A DNA stretch of 63,046 bases, the filler included, from Octopus bimaculoides (taxonomy: Eukaryota): the NCBI RefSeq assembly GCF_001194135.2. It is 6 parts of 6 records of this genome, joined end to end, with 100 filler letters (N's around TTAATTAATTAA, not from the genome) between each part and the next. Parts side by side here need not be neighbours in the genome. Positions count along the whole stretch, not along the records: positions 1 to 21,750 come from NC_068986.1; positions 21,851 to 43,630 come from NC_068981.1; 4 more parts are not named here. One strand, given 5' to 3'. A model generated the notes under the pieces. That model made no database searches. It was given only the letters and a program-made list of their open reading frames with translations, and was not told the origin of the DNA. The translations under genes and the position numbers were made by a program. This document shows positions 11,969-24,465 of this stretch, piece by piece; positions within the stretch are counted from its first letter, which is position 1, and every line of letters starts with the position of its first letter.

Positions 11969-12678
11969 AAACCTACAAACATTTCGCGTCAAATATGCTA
12001 ACCAGTATGATATATAAGGTGAAATCCTGTTGCAAGCACATTAAAAATTCATTTTTAAACACTTGTCCGAATTACAAACGGCAAACATCCAATGACATAA
12101 AATCAGAAGAGGTGGGAGAGATGGCAGGCCTATGGTGAGCCCAAAAGAACAACGAATTAACCAATGAAAGAAACGTGACAAATCTGAGGCTTCAGATACA
12201 AAGTACATGACATCAAAACTACAAAACTTTAGCAACTAAAAAGCACCCTCTACAGATTCAAGGCAGAAATACATGAATGCTGCAACAGAATAACAAAGTT
12301 TAGCAATATCAGGTAGACTGCCTATAGAATCGACGTTGGACAACAATTTGGTGCAACCAGTATAAAATTAAAATTGACCAAACGAGACAGAAACAACCGT
12401 CGAATTGGCCAATGATTATACAGTAGTATCCAGACAGATACGAATTAACAAATGCAAACAAATGGCAATTTTGAGAAACCGGGTACAATAATGAAATGAA
12501 CGAATGAAGATTAAATTATTGAAGGGCTTCAACGTGAGAACAATAATACAACATCCTAACAAAATAATAATTGTACACTTATTAATGATAAAATAGCTAC
12601 AAACGGAAAAGAATGAACACTACCTAAATTTTATAAAACTGAAAACTAAAAACAGTCACCTGGAAATCGAAATGGTAA

Positions 12679-12713
<35 letters not shown>

Positions 12714-13524
12714 NNNNNNNNNNNNNNNNNNNNNNNNNNNNNNNNNNNNNNNNNNNNNNNNNNNNNNNNNNNNNNNNNNNNNNNNNNNNNNNNNNNNNNN
12801 NNNNNNNNNNNNNNNNNNNNNNNNNNNNNNNNNNNNNNNNNNNNNNNNNNNNNNNNNNNNNNNNNNNNNNNNNNNNNNNNNNNNNNNNNNNNNNNNNNNN
12901 NNNNNNNNNNNNNNNNNNNNNNNNNNNNNNNNNNNNNNNNNNNNNNNNNNNNNNNNNNNNNNNNNNNNNNNNNNNNNNNNNNNNNNNNNNNNNNNNNNNN
13001 NNNNNNNNNNNNNNNNNNNNNNNNNNNNNNNNNNNNNNNNNNNNNNNNNNNNNNNNNNNNNNNNNNNNNNNNNNNNNNNNNNNNNNNNNNNNNNNNNNNN
13101 NNNNNNNNNNNNNNNNNNNNNNNNNNNNNNNNNNNNNNNNNNNNNNNNNNNNNNNNNNNNNNNNNNNNNNNNNNNNNNNNNNNNNNNNNNNNNNNNNNNN
13201 NNNNNNNNNNNNNNNNNNNNNNNNNNNNNNNNNNNNNNNNNNNNNNNNNNNNNNNNNNNNNNNNNNNNNNNNNNNNNNNNNNNNNNNNNNNNNNNNNNNN
13301 NNNNNNNNNNNNNNNNNNNNNNNNNNNNNNNNNNNNNNNNNNNNNNNNNNNNNNNNNNNNNNNNNNNNNNNNNNNNNNNNNNNNNNNNNNNNNNNNNNNN
13401 NNNNNNNNNNNNNNNNNNNNNNNNNNNNNNNNNNNNNNNNNNNNNNNNNNNNNNNNNNNNNNNNNNNNNNNNNNNNNNNNNNNNNNNNNNNNNNNNNNNN
13501 NNNNNNNNNNNNNNNNNNNNNNNN

Positions 13525-13573
<49 letters not shown>

Positions 13574-14054
13574 CTGAGCTTTCTATATTATACAATTATA
13601 TAAAGTATTTTGTGAATAATCACATAAATTGATATGATCCAACGACAGTTGTATACCGGCACTTTCAGTTTCCCATCGTTTTAAAGCCGGTTCATACCAT
13701 CTTATTATTCTTATCAATTTTTATATAAATTTTATGCACACTGATGGATTTCCACATCTATATGCAGTAAAAAGAGTAATCCTGCTGTATGGTGGCATAT
13801 GGTATCCGATAACTGTACAGGAACTTTGAAATGCTCGTTATGAAGTTATAACCAAATTATATTAAATAAATAAATATAGACATAGGTATATATCTATCTA
13901 TCTATATATATGTATATATATAAGTTTGCCATCTGACACATTTGACACATGTACACGCACGTACATATACACACACATACATTTACACTTACATATTTAT
14001 GCATACATACATACATTTATACAGACACGGATCTGTACTGATATATATATATCC

Positions 14055-14097
<43 letters not shown>

Positions 14098-14860
14098 NNN
14101 NNNNNNNNNNNNNNNNNNNNNNNNNNNNNNNNNNNNNNNNNNNNNNNNNNNNNNNNNNNNNNNNNNNNNNNNNNNNNNNNNNNNNNNNNNNNNNNNNNNN
14201 NNNNNNNNNNNNNNNNNNNNNNNNNNNNNNNNNNNNNNNNNNNNNNNNNNNNNNNNNNNNNNNNNNNNNNNNNNNNNNNNNNNNNNNNNNNNNNNNNNNN
14301 NNNNNNNNNNNNNNNNNNNNNNNNNNNNNNNNNNNNNNNNNNNNNNNNNNNNNNNNNNNNNNNNNNNNNNNNNNNNNNNNNNNNNNNNNNNNNNNNNNNN
14401 NNNNNNNNNNNNNNNNNNNNNNNNNNNNNNNNNNNNNNNNNNNNNNNNNNNNNNNNNNNNNNNNNNNNNNNNNNNNNNNNNNNNNNNNNNNNNNNNNNNN
14501 NNNNNNNNNNNNNNNNNNNNNNNNNNNNNNNNNNNNNNNNNNNNNNNNNNNNNNNNNNNNNNNNNNNNNNNNNNNNNNNNNNNNNNNNNNNNNNNNNNNN
14601 NNNNNNNNNNNNNNNNNNNNNNNNNNNNNNNNNNNNNNNNNNNNNNNNNNNNNNNNNNNNNNNNNNNNNNNNNNNNNNNNNNNNNNNNNNNNNNNNNNNN
14701 NNNNNNNNNNNNNNNNNNNNNNNNNNNNNNNNNNNNNNNNNNNNNNNNNNNNNNNNNNNNNNNNNNNNNNNNNNNAGTTCTTATGTACGTTTCACCGTTG
14801 GATTTATTTGATCTGTGTAACACAGTGCAATAAAATGTCCCCTTGATGTAAGCACATGCA

Positions 14861-14908
<48 letters not shown>

Positions 14909-17133
14909 TACGTACATGCATACATACATACATACATGTAGATGTAGATAGTCTTATTTTATTTCACATACACCCCAGTTTTTTTTTTTTTTAACAACAC
15001 GTCACTAGTATTACTTGATTACAGTTTTCAGTTCGTTAATTCTCGTCATATTTCTCTCAGATCTGTTGCTGTGTTGGAGAGGAAACTATACGTCATAGAT
15101 ACATTGAAAATTCTCTTTAATTTTCATGTCAGTAATATCAATGGCACGCTACCGTTTGTTTGACGACTGTTAAGAAGATTACCAGAACATCAGTACAGAT
15201 CCATGTCTGTATAAGTGTATGTATGTATGTGTAAATGTGTATGTAAGTGTAAATGTATGTGTGTGTATATGCATGTGCGTGTACATGTGTCAAACGTGTC
15301 AGATGGCAAACGTATGTTTAATTCCATTATTCTATATATTTGATTTGACCAGACTGAACTTAAATGACCATCATTCTATAAATACATTTAATACAAACGT
15401 GTTTCTCCAATGTTTTATTCCTCTGCTGAGGTTTCACGAAATGTCGCAATTCACATCGTTGGAGTTCTAAGTCAACAAATTAAATTCTTTCTGTACCAAC
15501 AATGTTTACTTAGACAATGTTAGACGGAGTCATTGGGAAAAGCCATTAGTAAACATATTTTGGTTGTGTTAGCTTAAATCTAAGGAATCCGGTAATGGTC
15601 TATGTTGACAAATAAAAGCAGTCTACTACTTATTTTATCGTTCACTTTTTGCCAAACCATTAAGTTAAGAGACGTAATGGAACACTACAGAAGCAACAAC
15701 AGCAATGGTTTTTGGGCTGGTGTTGTTTTTGTTAAACACGTGACAGGCGAAAATACACACACAGAAATGTGTGTGCGCATAGGTGGGGGAGGGTGTATGT
15801 TTTCCATCCCGCAGTGTGTCCAAAAACGTCTATGACTTTATACTTAAGCTTACAACATTACTCAAACTAGCCTTGAAATGTCGAGCGGAAATGACGCCTC
15901 CATCGTCTCCGTAATTTAGTATCGCCTGACTGTCGTTCTCTGCACCTGAATGCACCCAGCCAACAATTTTTACTCTTCCTTCTTGTGAAAGGGTCAAGTC
16001 TGCTTGTCAGGGGTCTTTTTGATGCTTTCTATGACGGTTGATATACTCAAGTATCGTTACTTTGTGAATCACGTTCCCCACAACTCTTTGCTGGAGTTGC
16101 ATTTATAGATCATGTGTAGTCCATAATTTGTTTACCCATAGTCGTCTGCCGATCGGCCAATGTTCTCAGTAGCATGTACAGCCGAGCACTCCCTACAGAA
16201 CTAGTAGCAGATATTAACGCCGACAATCTCGAACTTCTCTGGACTTTCAACCAAGTCTAGCAAAATTTGCTATTCCGGAACAATTTCGGTGAGGTCGACC
16301 TTTGCTTTATATTCTTCCGAGATCAATAAAATACAGTACAATTTCAAATCCTAATTGATTATATTCTCTCCTAACATGTGTGGCTTTGTGCCACTGTTTA
16401 AATGAATATACTGTAATTATTACGTAAAAAAAGGATTTATTTTAGCCAAAATGGTTACCATGAATAGAGCTATTCTAAGTATGTACCTGTGAATTGGAGA
16501 ACAGTAAGGTGAAGGCTCGTATCTAGTTGGTCAGGACAATCTTAGATCTGTGAAGTTCCTTGAATGACTGTACGTTGTACATCTGTACCAGGAGGACTGC
16601 ATTATCCATGTAACCATATTGTTTGTAAACTATGTATATTTTTCATTTCATTTCTCCCAAAATCTTCTCCCCTCACTACAGTTTATATAAACACACTCAA
16701 AAAAATTGTAACCTGTTTTTAAAAGACACCCCGCTTCATCTGACAATTTATTAATTTAGATCAATTGAAAGCATTAGATAGGGTGTAATAATACAACCCC
16801 TGTTGAGGAATTTTCTTGTTTGTTGTTATTGTTTTATTACACGACATTACGTAAATCTCTGCTGTACTTCGTCTTTATATTGTCCTAAATTGTTTTTGCA
16901 GCCCTTGTGGCCAATAAAAAAAATCATTGTTGTTGTTGTTGTTATTTCTATTTCAATTCTATTTTTAACTAGAAAAGTTTAATGGAAATGTAATTCACAC
17001 ATCACTGTGACATAAAGTAAAGATTAAATAAACGTTTTATAGCAAGCGACATCAGTTTGTGTGATTGGTCAATAATTTCTCGGTACGTGAGAGGATTGAG
17101 CAACAAACACTGTTCCATGTAATTTATTATATG

Positions 17134-17220
<87 letters not shown>

Positions 17221-17238
17221 TCGCTAACGAACGTCAGA

Positions 17239-17246
17239 TGACGTCA
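17239..17246. promoter_or_regulatory. Perfect CRE palindrome TGACGTCA with adjacent half-site
   Basis: ACGTCA at 17231-17236 just upstream; other perfect sites at 1125-1132 and 34770-34777. Function not shown. Confidence 0.25.
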
Positions 17247-17444
17247 GAGTTCAGAAATGAAACAGTATTTGTTTGTTGAGTAAGAAAGGTGAGATGTTAA
17301 TCAGTAAATATTCATACCTGTTTTGGTTACCTTATTTTATTGGTGAAGTGGGCGTTAAACTTGTGACATGTCAGAATGTAGATCTTACAGATATGTGCCA
17401 ACGACGAAATTCCTACGATAGGTATACTTCGCCCAAAATGAAAG

Positions 17445-17715
17445 ACTAGACAGTTGTGGCTGGAATACCTTTCACTCTAGATCTGCTCGATCAATATTAA
17501 CAAATATACATAAGTCAACGATAGCTCCTCTCGGTGGTCAGTCAACCTACTAGAAATAGTAGCCAAATGTCCCTCAATTTCTTTAATCCCTGTCGTACAA
17601 TTTGAAGAAAGGAAGGATAGCATAGTTAATGATGCACAAAAGCCGATGAGTTGGTTACGGTTAGAACGATTTAGTTATATGTCTTAAGTCTGTTCACTCC
17701 AAGCTGACCTGAAGA
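17445..17715 (+). mobile_element. Old interspersed repeat 'H' (core CTAGAAATAGCAGCCAAAT)
   Basis: Related diverged copies at about 50085-50430, 52870-52980, 53600-53870 (minus, partial tandem) and 41830-42030. Confidence 0.55.
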
Positions 17716-17769
17716 AGAATTATAACCGTTTCTAATTAAAGCACAACGCCTGAAATATGAAAGGAAATG

Positions 17770-17860
17770 ATTTATCGATACCATTGACCCTTTTACTTGA
17801 CTGGTACTTTAATTTATCGAACCCGAAATGATAAAAAACAACGTTAACCTTGGCGAGATT
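17770..17860 (-). mobile_element. SINE-B fragment
   Basis: CTGGTACTTTAATTTATCGAACCCGAAATGATAAA..AACCTTGGCG is the reverse-complement core. Other small fragments lie at about 16275-16330, 22440-22510 and 37870-37990. Confidence 0.7.
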
Positions 17861-18003
17861 TGAACGAATACACTGAAACAATCGAGCACGTTTCTGAGTG
17901 GCCAATGACTACAGAATCAATACATATCCACAAATTTCTGTTGGAAAATATGCCGAAACTTCAACGAGGAAATCGAGAACAGCGATAAATATCTACCAAA
18001 TAC

Positions 18004-19458
18004 TGCAGGGTGCGAAAACTATTTGAGGACGTATTTGATAATTTAATGAAACAACTTTAATTCAGCAAAAAACCAAGCACATTTTAATGAAAATTTGTAC
18101 ACTTGTTTTCGATAAGCTTTCGTATAAGAAACAGCTTTCAGCTTTGACGACTGCTTCAATGCGGGGCCGGAATCGTTGTCATTCCTGTGCTAAATAGTCC
18201 TTATTCGTTTTGGTCATTACCTGGGCAATGTTGGCCTTCAGTAAGATTATGATATTATGAGGATGTATTTTAGTTTCCTCTTCAATACCGCTTCAAGCGT
18301 AGCAGTGCATGAGATTTAAATCTGGCGATTTTGGAGGCTACATCTTAGATGTTACATTATTACAAAGATTATGAAGTCGGGCAAAATTCTTAGCGGCATT
18401 TCGTCCTTCTTTATGTTCTGAATTCAAATTCCGCCGATGTCGACTTTGCCTTACATCCTTTCGAGGTTGATAAATTAAGTACCAGTGAAACACTGGGATC
18501 GATGTCATCGATTTATCCCCCCCCCCACAAAATTTCAGGCCTTGTGCTTTTAGTAGAAAGGATTATTATAAATATTATCTGATATCCATTCTTGGGTCAT
18601 GTGGGTTTTGTGAGAAGGTGACTGAGTCTCACTGAAACACGCATGGCCTTGCACTGCGTACTTTATCCATTAAGGGCTTACCAACTGTTTCCAACATCTC
18701 AACGTATCAAACAGCATTAAGTCTAAAACACAGTAGAAAGATCTAAGGTGGCATGACATGATTTTCGTTACACACCACACCAAAAACCATTGCAGTTGCT
18801 GGAAACTTAATGTGCATTATTATGGGAGCATAAGAAGGGTCTACATATAACCATCTATCATTTCTTCAGTTAGATTTTTGGTCTAGATCGAAGCTTTTTC
18901 TCATCGGGAAAGAACTAAAGCGTGCCGTGTTCGTGAGGATTTAACCATCTTTAGTAACCGCTTGGCACAGATCAAACAATTTCCTTTTGTCTTTGCTTGC
19001 AGACATGGCCTCTTCTCAGTACATATGATTTCTATTGAAAGTCCTCGTATACCACTGTTCTGATAATTCACTCCGGCACTTGAAGCTGTTTAATGATGGC
19101 CCTCTTTGACTGGATAATCGATAACGTTTTGAACCTGTTGGATGATTTGCGGTGTCCTTATAGTGTCCGAACTTTTAGAATATGCTTTTTTTTCTCCTTT
19201 ATAGAGATGAAACCTCCTACAGAGGTTTCCAGTTCTATCCGGATATTGTGTAAAAAAAAATCTTGCAACATTAAGGAAGTTGGCAATTTCTAAGTCGCTG
19301 TTTCCGCACATATAGTAACAATCACTGCATGTCTACATTTCTTTTGTTAGCGTTTTATCTGGCATGGCGACCTGAAAGAAATAAAATCCTTTTTAATTGG
19401 TTTGAAGAAAGTACTGTACTGATAATTAAGTGTTCTAAAGTACTCCTTGCACCCCACA
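18004..19458 (-). mobile_element. Decayed mariner/Tc1-superfamily (DD37D/maT-like) transposon interrupted by a SINE
   Basis: Minus-strand pieces in order: SDLEIANFLNVAR..KSSDTIRTPQ; MHIKFPATAMV; PSHKTHMTQEW; [SINE 18378-18575]; M*PPKSPDLN; LKANIAQ..QRFRPRIEAVVKAE. Ends are weak (CAGGGTGC / GCACCCCA). Confidence 0.7.
18378..18575 (+). mobile_element. SINE-B inserted into the DD37D-like transposon
   Basis: SINE-B core; ATTATTA near both ends; splits the transposase reading EWISDNIY / NVTSKM*PP. Confidence 0.85.
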
Positions 19459-19924
19459 TATGACAACGACCTAGCTACATCCACAATAATAAAGAGATCA
19501 AGACGAACTGTACGAATATAATTATCAAAGACGCATGCATGGCTGTGTGGTTAAGAAGATCTCTTTGTAACCACGTGATTTTGGATTCAGTCCCTGTACG
19601 GCGCTTTTGTCAAACGTCTTCAGTTATAGCCCTGAACCGACAAATTTCATGGAAGGAAATAGTAAGAAATCCCGTTGATTATGTAAATATGTAAAGAATA
19701 TGTAAAGGTGTGTTAATTGGTCTTTCTTTCCCGGAAAATCCTAATTTTTTTCAGATTTTCTCTTCAAGATATACTAACACCAATGTACGAGGAACTGCAG
19801 GCTTCGTTCGAAGCAACCATCCAACAATCTTCTTCGCCCATTATACCTGGCTGGATTGTTCGAGTAAAATCCTCAGGTACTACTCCATAGGACCTAAAAG
19901 GCGCAATCGTTAGTACACTTACGG

Positions 19925-20240
19925 GCTAGATTCCCAAGAGTGATCAATTGACACTATAGGTATTATCAAACTATCTCCTACTTGGTCTACCCCGAGGGCT
20001 CCCGCCGGTTGGCTCGACTTGAAGGATCCACCTTGCAATTCTAATTATATGTCCGTTACGCCGGAGCTGTAACCTCTCGATATGGAGAAGCAGCGGTTCG
20101 ACCGGGAGATACTCACTGATCTCCATGTAACGCACCCTGTCTTCAATTCGGTTTAGGCGCCTATCCTCACCTATGGTCATGAATGTTGTGTAAGGGCCGA
20201 AAAAATACGATCGCGATTACAATCAGCCGAAATGGGTTTC
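19925..20240. mobile_element. RTE-clade LINE fragment with internal inversion
   Basis: Plus strand 20157-20240: APILTYGHECCVRAEKIRSRLQSAEMGF. Minus strand 20156-19925: LNRIEDRVRYMEISEYLPVEPLLLHIERLQLRRNGHI..PTGGSPRGRPSRR*FDN...LGI*P. Both are RTE C-terminal motifs. Confidence 0.8.
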
Positions 20241-20350
20241 AGGCAGTTGTCCTTAAATATTCTCCTTTTCAATGATTTTTGGAAAAGATATTAGAGTGCG
20301 CCAGGACTCTATGACTATACATGAATTTTCATCTTAGTCCTAAACAATTA

Positions 20351-20566
20351 CGAGGGGTCACTGAAAAACTCCTGGCTTTGGGTAAAAGAAAATATAGGAA
20401 GATCAGTTAATTATAATTTTATTCTGCATATTTCTCTTTCAGATTCACACACTTATTGCAGCGGTCCTTCAGTTTTTGTAAGCCTTGTGAAAGAACTCGG
20501 AAGGCTGAGCCTCCAACCAGGCTTTCGTGACACCCTTAAAGCTAGAAACTTTTCAGCAACACCTAG
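20351..20566. mobile_element. Mariner-derived MITE (about 216 bp)
   Basis: TA|CGAGGGGTCACTGAAAAACTCCTGGCTTT ... AAAGCTAGAAACTTTTCAGCAACACCTAG|TA; homologous, inverted, to 54454-54672. Confidence 0.85.
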
Positions 20567-20741
20567 TACATCAGTTTGGTTATGACTGCACTTTGTTGGA
20601 AATGTACCACCAGCATTCTTTGTGTTAATATATATGTATTCAACAAAAGAAGTATTTTCAATATTTATTTCGAGACAGTCTTTCCTACAAATATCTGTAT
20701 GTGTATATATATATGCATGTATATGTATTTATGGATGAATG

Positions 20742-20789
<48 letters not shown>

Positions 20790-21702
20790 NNNNNNNNNNN
20801 NNNNNNNNNNNNNNNNNNNNNNNNNNNNNNTGTGTGTGTGTGTGTGTATTCTTCGTTAATCTAAATCTGCCGAGGAAGTGTATATACTGTAGCCTATTTA
20901 GGCTTTCGCTATCAATTTGAATAATTCAAAGTCAGTTTTATTTGGATAATATTTCATTTACACGTAAATGCCTTGCTTTCCGAGATGTTTTATCGCTAAC
21001 AACATTATACTTTATCCGACTTTTAACTCTCATTTTTTAGACACAAAACATCTTTAAATATTTACATCTAGACATTTTTTCGATCAATTTGATCTGAAAT
21101 CAAACCATTCGAAACGTAGATGGAAATAAAACAGAAATGTTTCACTTATTTCGACTGAACTAAATTCATTTCCGGAGAATTCGTTAGGTTAAACTCCAGA
21201 ATGCAAACAGACTAATGGTATTGTAAATCATCAATATTTAGTCAATAGAAAAGTTCATAGAAGTCGATTATTACAATTGTCGTGGAACGGAGAAAAAAAT
21301 GTGGTGCTCTCGCTTCGATGCATTCTTCATCAGTTTCTGCGATGACTATTCAGTTGTTCAATAATCTAAAGAACTTATTAAATTAATGTATAAGTGGCTG
21401 AGTATTCCACAGTCACATCTACCACTAACATAATTGCCAAGCCGAATCAGCACAACACAGAATGTTGCAAAGGTGGACATTTGAATGACAGACACAATCC
21501 ATTTGACGAGCTTGCGCACAGTTTCCGTGAATTACTTTTCACTCAGAAGCTTTGGATCGATCCGAATCTATGGTCAAATACACGTGCCCAACATGCTACA
21601 CAATGGAATCAAACACTCAACTTCAAGATTGCAAAGCGAACTTCTTAACCACTCAGCCGTACCTGCATTCCGTTCACAAGTCACACCAATTAACAACACA
21701 TT

Positions 21703-21750
<48 letters not shown>

Positions 21751-21850
21751 NNNNNNNNNNNNNNNNNNNNNNNNNNNNNNNNNNNNNNNNNNNNTTAATT
21801 AATTAANNNNNNNNNNNNNNNNNNNNNNNNNNNNNNNNNNNNNNNNNNNN
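21751..21850. other. Artificial 100-bp scaffold gap with TTAATTAATTAA linker (also 43675, 56223, 59630, 61870)
   Basis: An identical 12-mer, which gives stops in all six frames, centred between 44-N runs five times. Confidence 0.95.
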
Positions 21851-22185
21851 GTCGAAAAAGTCGACCCCAGGATTTATTCCTTTGGAAGCTAGATACTTAT
21901 TCTAACGGTCTCTTTTGACGAACGACTTAGTTACGGGGACTTAAACCCACCAACATCGGTTTTCAAGCGATGGCGGAGAGACAAACACAGATGGACAGAC
22001 AGACATACGCGCGCGCACGCACTCACACACATACACACATGACGGATTTCTTTCAGTTTCCGTCTACCAAATCCACTCACAAAGCTTTGGTCGGCCCGGA
22101 GCTATAGTAGAAACACTTGCCCAAGGTGCCACGCATTGGGACTTACCCGGAACCATGTGGTTGGGCAGCAAGCTTCTTACCACAG
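21851..22185 (-). mobile_element. SINE-C (3' end in gap)
   Basis: Colinear with 43215-43620. Confidence 0.85.
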
Positions 22186-22764
22186 AAAGATGTCTGCACC
22201 TACACACACACACACACACACACACATACATAAAATACCATAGATATCGATTGGAAGGAATGAACTGCCAAATGTCAGTCTTCGACTATTTTCTTTTTCT
22301 TATTTTATAAAAGCCGATCATTTGTCCAATGGATACAATTTGTCCTCCCAAGTATCATCGTTACAAGGGATTGTGCGCATAACGGACAGAGTCGAAGCAG
22401 TTACGTCAAGTAATTCTGTCTGATGCTATATGTATCCCATTAATCCAGCAATATGGCAGGTACTTTATCGAGTTCTAAATGATGAACGGCAAAGCTGACC
22501 TCGGTGTAATTAGAATTCAAAGTGCAGAGAACCAGAACAAATACTAGAAGACATTACTGCCGACTCTAACGAATCTGCCACTTCACTGCTATAAAATACA
22601 TGCACACACATACGCACACACACACACACACAACACACAAACACATGCATACACACATATACGATAAAAACACACGCAAACACACACATACAAACATATG
22701 CACACATCCATACAAGCACAGAACACATTCACACAACTATTAGTCTATCTATCTCTCTATCTAC

Positions 22765-22804
<40 letters not shown>

Positions 22805-23288
22805 ATATCGATCGATCTATCGATCGATCTGTCTGTCTGTCTGTCTGTCTGTCTATACATATGTACATACATACAAACATACATACAAACATACATATAC
22901 ATACACAGTNNNNNNNNNNNNNNNNNNNNNNNNNNNNNNNNNNNNNNNNNNNNNNNNNNNNNNNNNNNNNNNNNNNNNNNNNNNNNNNNNNNNNNNNNNN
23001 NNNNNNNNNNNNNNNNNNNNNNNNNNNNNNNNNNNNNNNNNNNNNNNNNNNNNNNNNNNNNNNNNNNNNNNNNNNNNNNNNNNNNNNNNNNNNNNNNNNN
23101 NNNNNNNNNNNNNNNNNNNNNNNNNNNNNNNNNNNNNNNNNNNNNNNNNNNNNNNNNNNNNNNNNNNNNNNNNNNNNNNNNNNNNNNNNNNNNNNNNNNN
23201 NNNNNNNNNNNNNNNNNNNNNNNNNNNNNNNNNNNNNNNNNNNNNNNNNNNNNNNNNNNNNNNNNNNNNNNNNNTATCAATCTATCTA

Positions 23289-23339
<51 letters not shown>

Positions 23340-23512
23340 GTGTGTCTGTCTGTGTGTCTGTCTGTCTGTCTGTCTATACATATGTACATACATACAAACG
23401 TACGTTCATATACATGCATAGCGAGAGAACGAGTGGATGAAAAATGAAAGAGAAAGATAGAGAAAATCAGGAGTGGTCATATTCACAGACACTCAAACAC
23501 ACACACACACAT

Positions 23513-23577
<65 letters not shown>

Positions 23578-24210
23578 TTCAGACAATTTATATTATAATA
23601 TAGGATCGAGTGGTTGTAATTGCCTCTCTGTTTAAATTGGTTCAATATATTTTCCGATCTCATAATGAGACCTTTTTGTTTTCTACGTCTTATAGTTTAT
23701 TACGAGCAACTACTGCAAATATCTATCTTGTAAACTTTTATTGTTTTTCCCTGTTTCCCACACGTTAGCATCAGACTCAATAAAGAAGTCATGATTATAT
23801 TTATGGCATGTCGAAACTACAAGCCAGTTCCATTTGTCCGTTGATGGAAGGTCATTTCTTTTACACTGGTAATGAATGGTCTTTGAAAATAGATGCATAT
23901 CAACTTTATTAAATTGCTCTAGTTTCCTCCCACCAAAGGAGATAACATTCACGTACAATTCAATGAGAGTGTGTCAATGTGTGCGAACGAACCATTGAAA
24001 ATAGTAGAAACCCAATTTCCTTGAAAACTATGAACTATCTGAAATAAAATGACATACAACGCCAAAAATATAAACGTAAAACAATTTAAAAAAGGAATAA
24101 AAAAATATTAATGAGATAGACTTGGCTTGTGTAACACTTAACTACATTAAGTCTGAACAGTTAAAACTGACCTGAGTAAGATAACACCACCGCCGCTGCC
24201 TCCCACCATC

Positions 24211-24465
24211 GTTGTTGGCACTCCGTCGCTTACGACATCGAGGGTTCCAGTTGATCCGATCAACGAAACAGCCTGCTCGTGAAATTAGCGTGCAAGTGGC
24301 TGAGCATTCCACAGACACGTGTACCCTTAACGTAGATCTCAGGGATATTCAGCGTGACACAGTGTGACAAGGCTGACCCTTTGAATTACAGGCACAACAG
24401 AAACAGGAAGTAAGAGTGAGAGAAAGTTGTGGTGAAAGAGTGAGAGAAAGTTGTGGTGAAAGAGT
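24211..24465 (-). mobile_element. SINE family A tail type 4, with 22-bp tandem duplication at the gap edge
   Basis: GGCACTCCGTCG...; GAGTGAGAGAAAGTTGTGGTGAAA repeated. Confidence 0.8.

Noticed and set aside
12080-12420. Three CCAATGA boxes
   Set aside because: Short motifs in AT-rich DNA with no other promoter evidence or nearby exon.
15870-15990. Possible Tc1 N-terminal remnant on the minus strand
   Set aside because: Too short and diverged to support by eye.
21795-21806. TTAATTAATTAA islands inside gaps (five occurrences)
   Set aside because: Identical linker centred in fixed 100-bp gaps; an assembly artefact, not biology.
22740-23400. Direct repeat of TCTATACATATGTACATACATACAAAC on both sides of a gap
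   Set aside because: Probably the same microsatellite locus assembled twice (allelic or overlapping contig ends).
24217-24330. HDV-like ribozyme at GGCACTCCGTCG.. (also considered within repeat G)
   Set aside because: Could not build P1/P2/P3 nested pseudoknot pairings; the 24217 segment is the reverse strand of a SINE tail.
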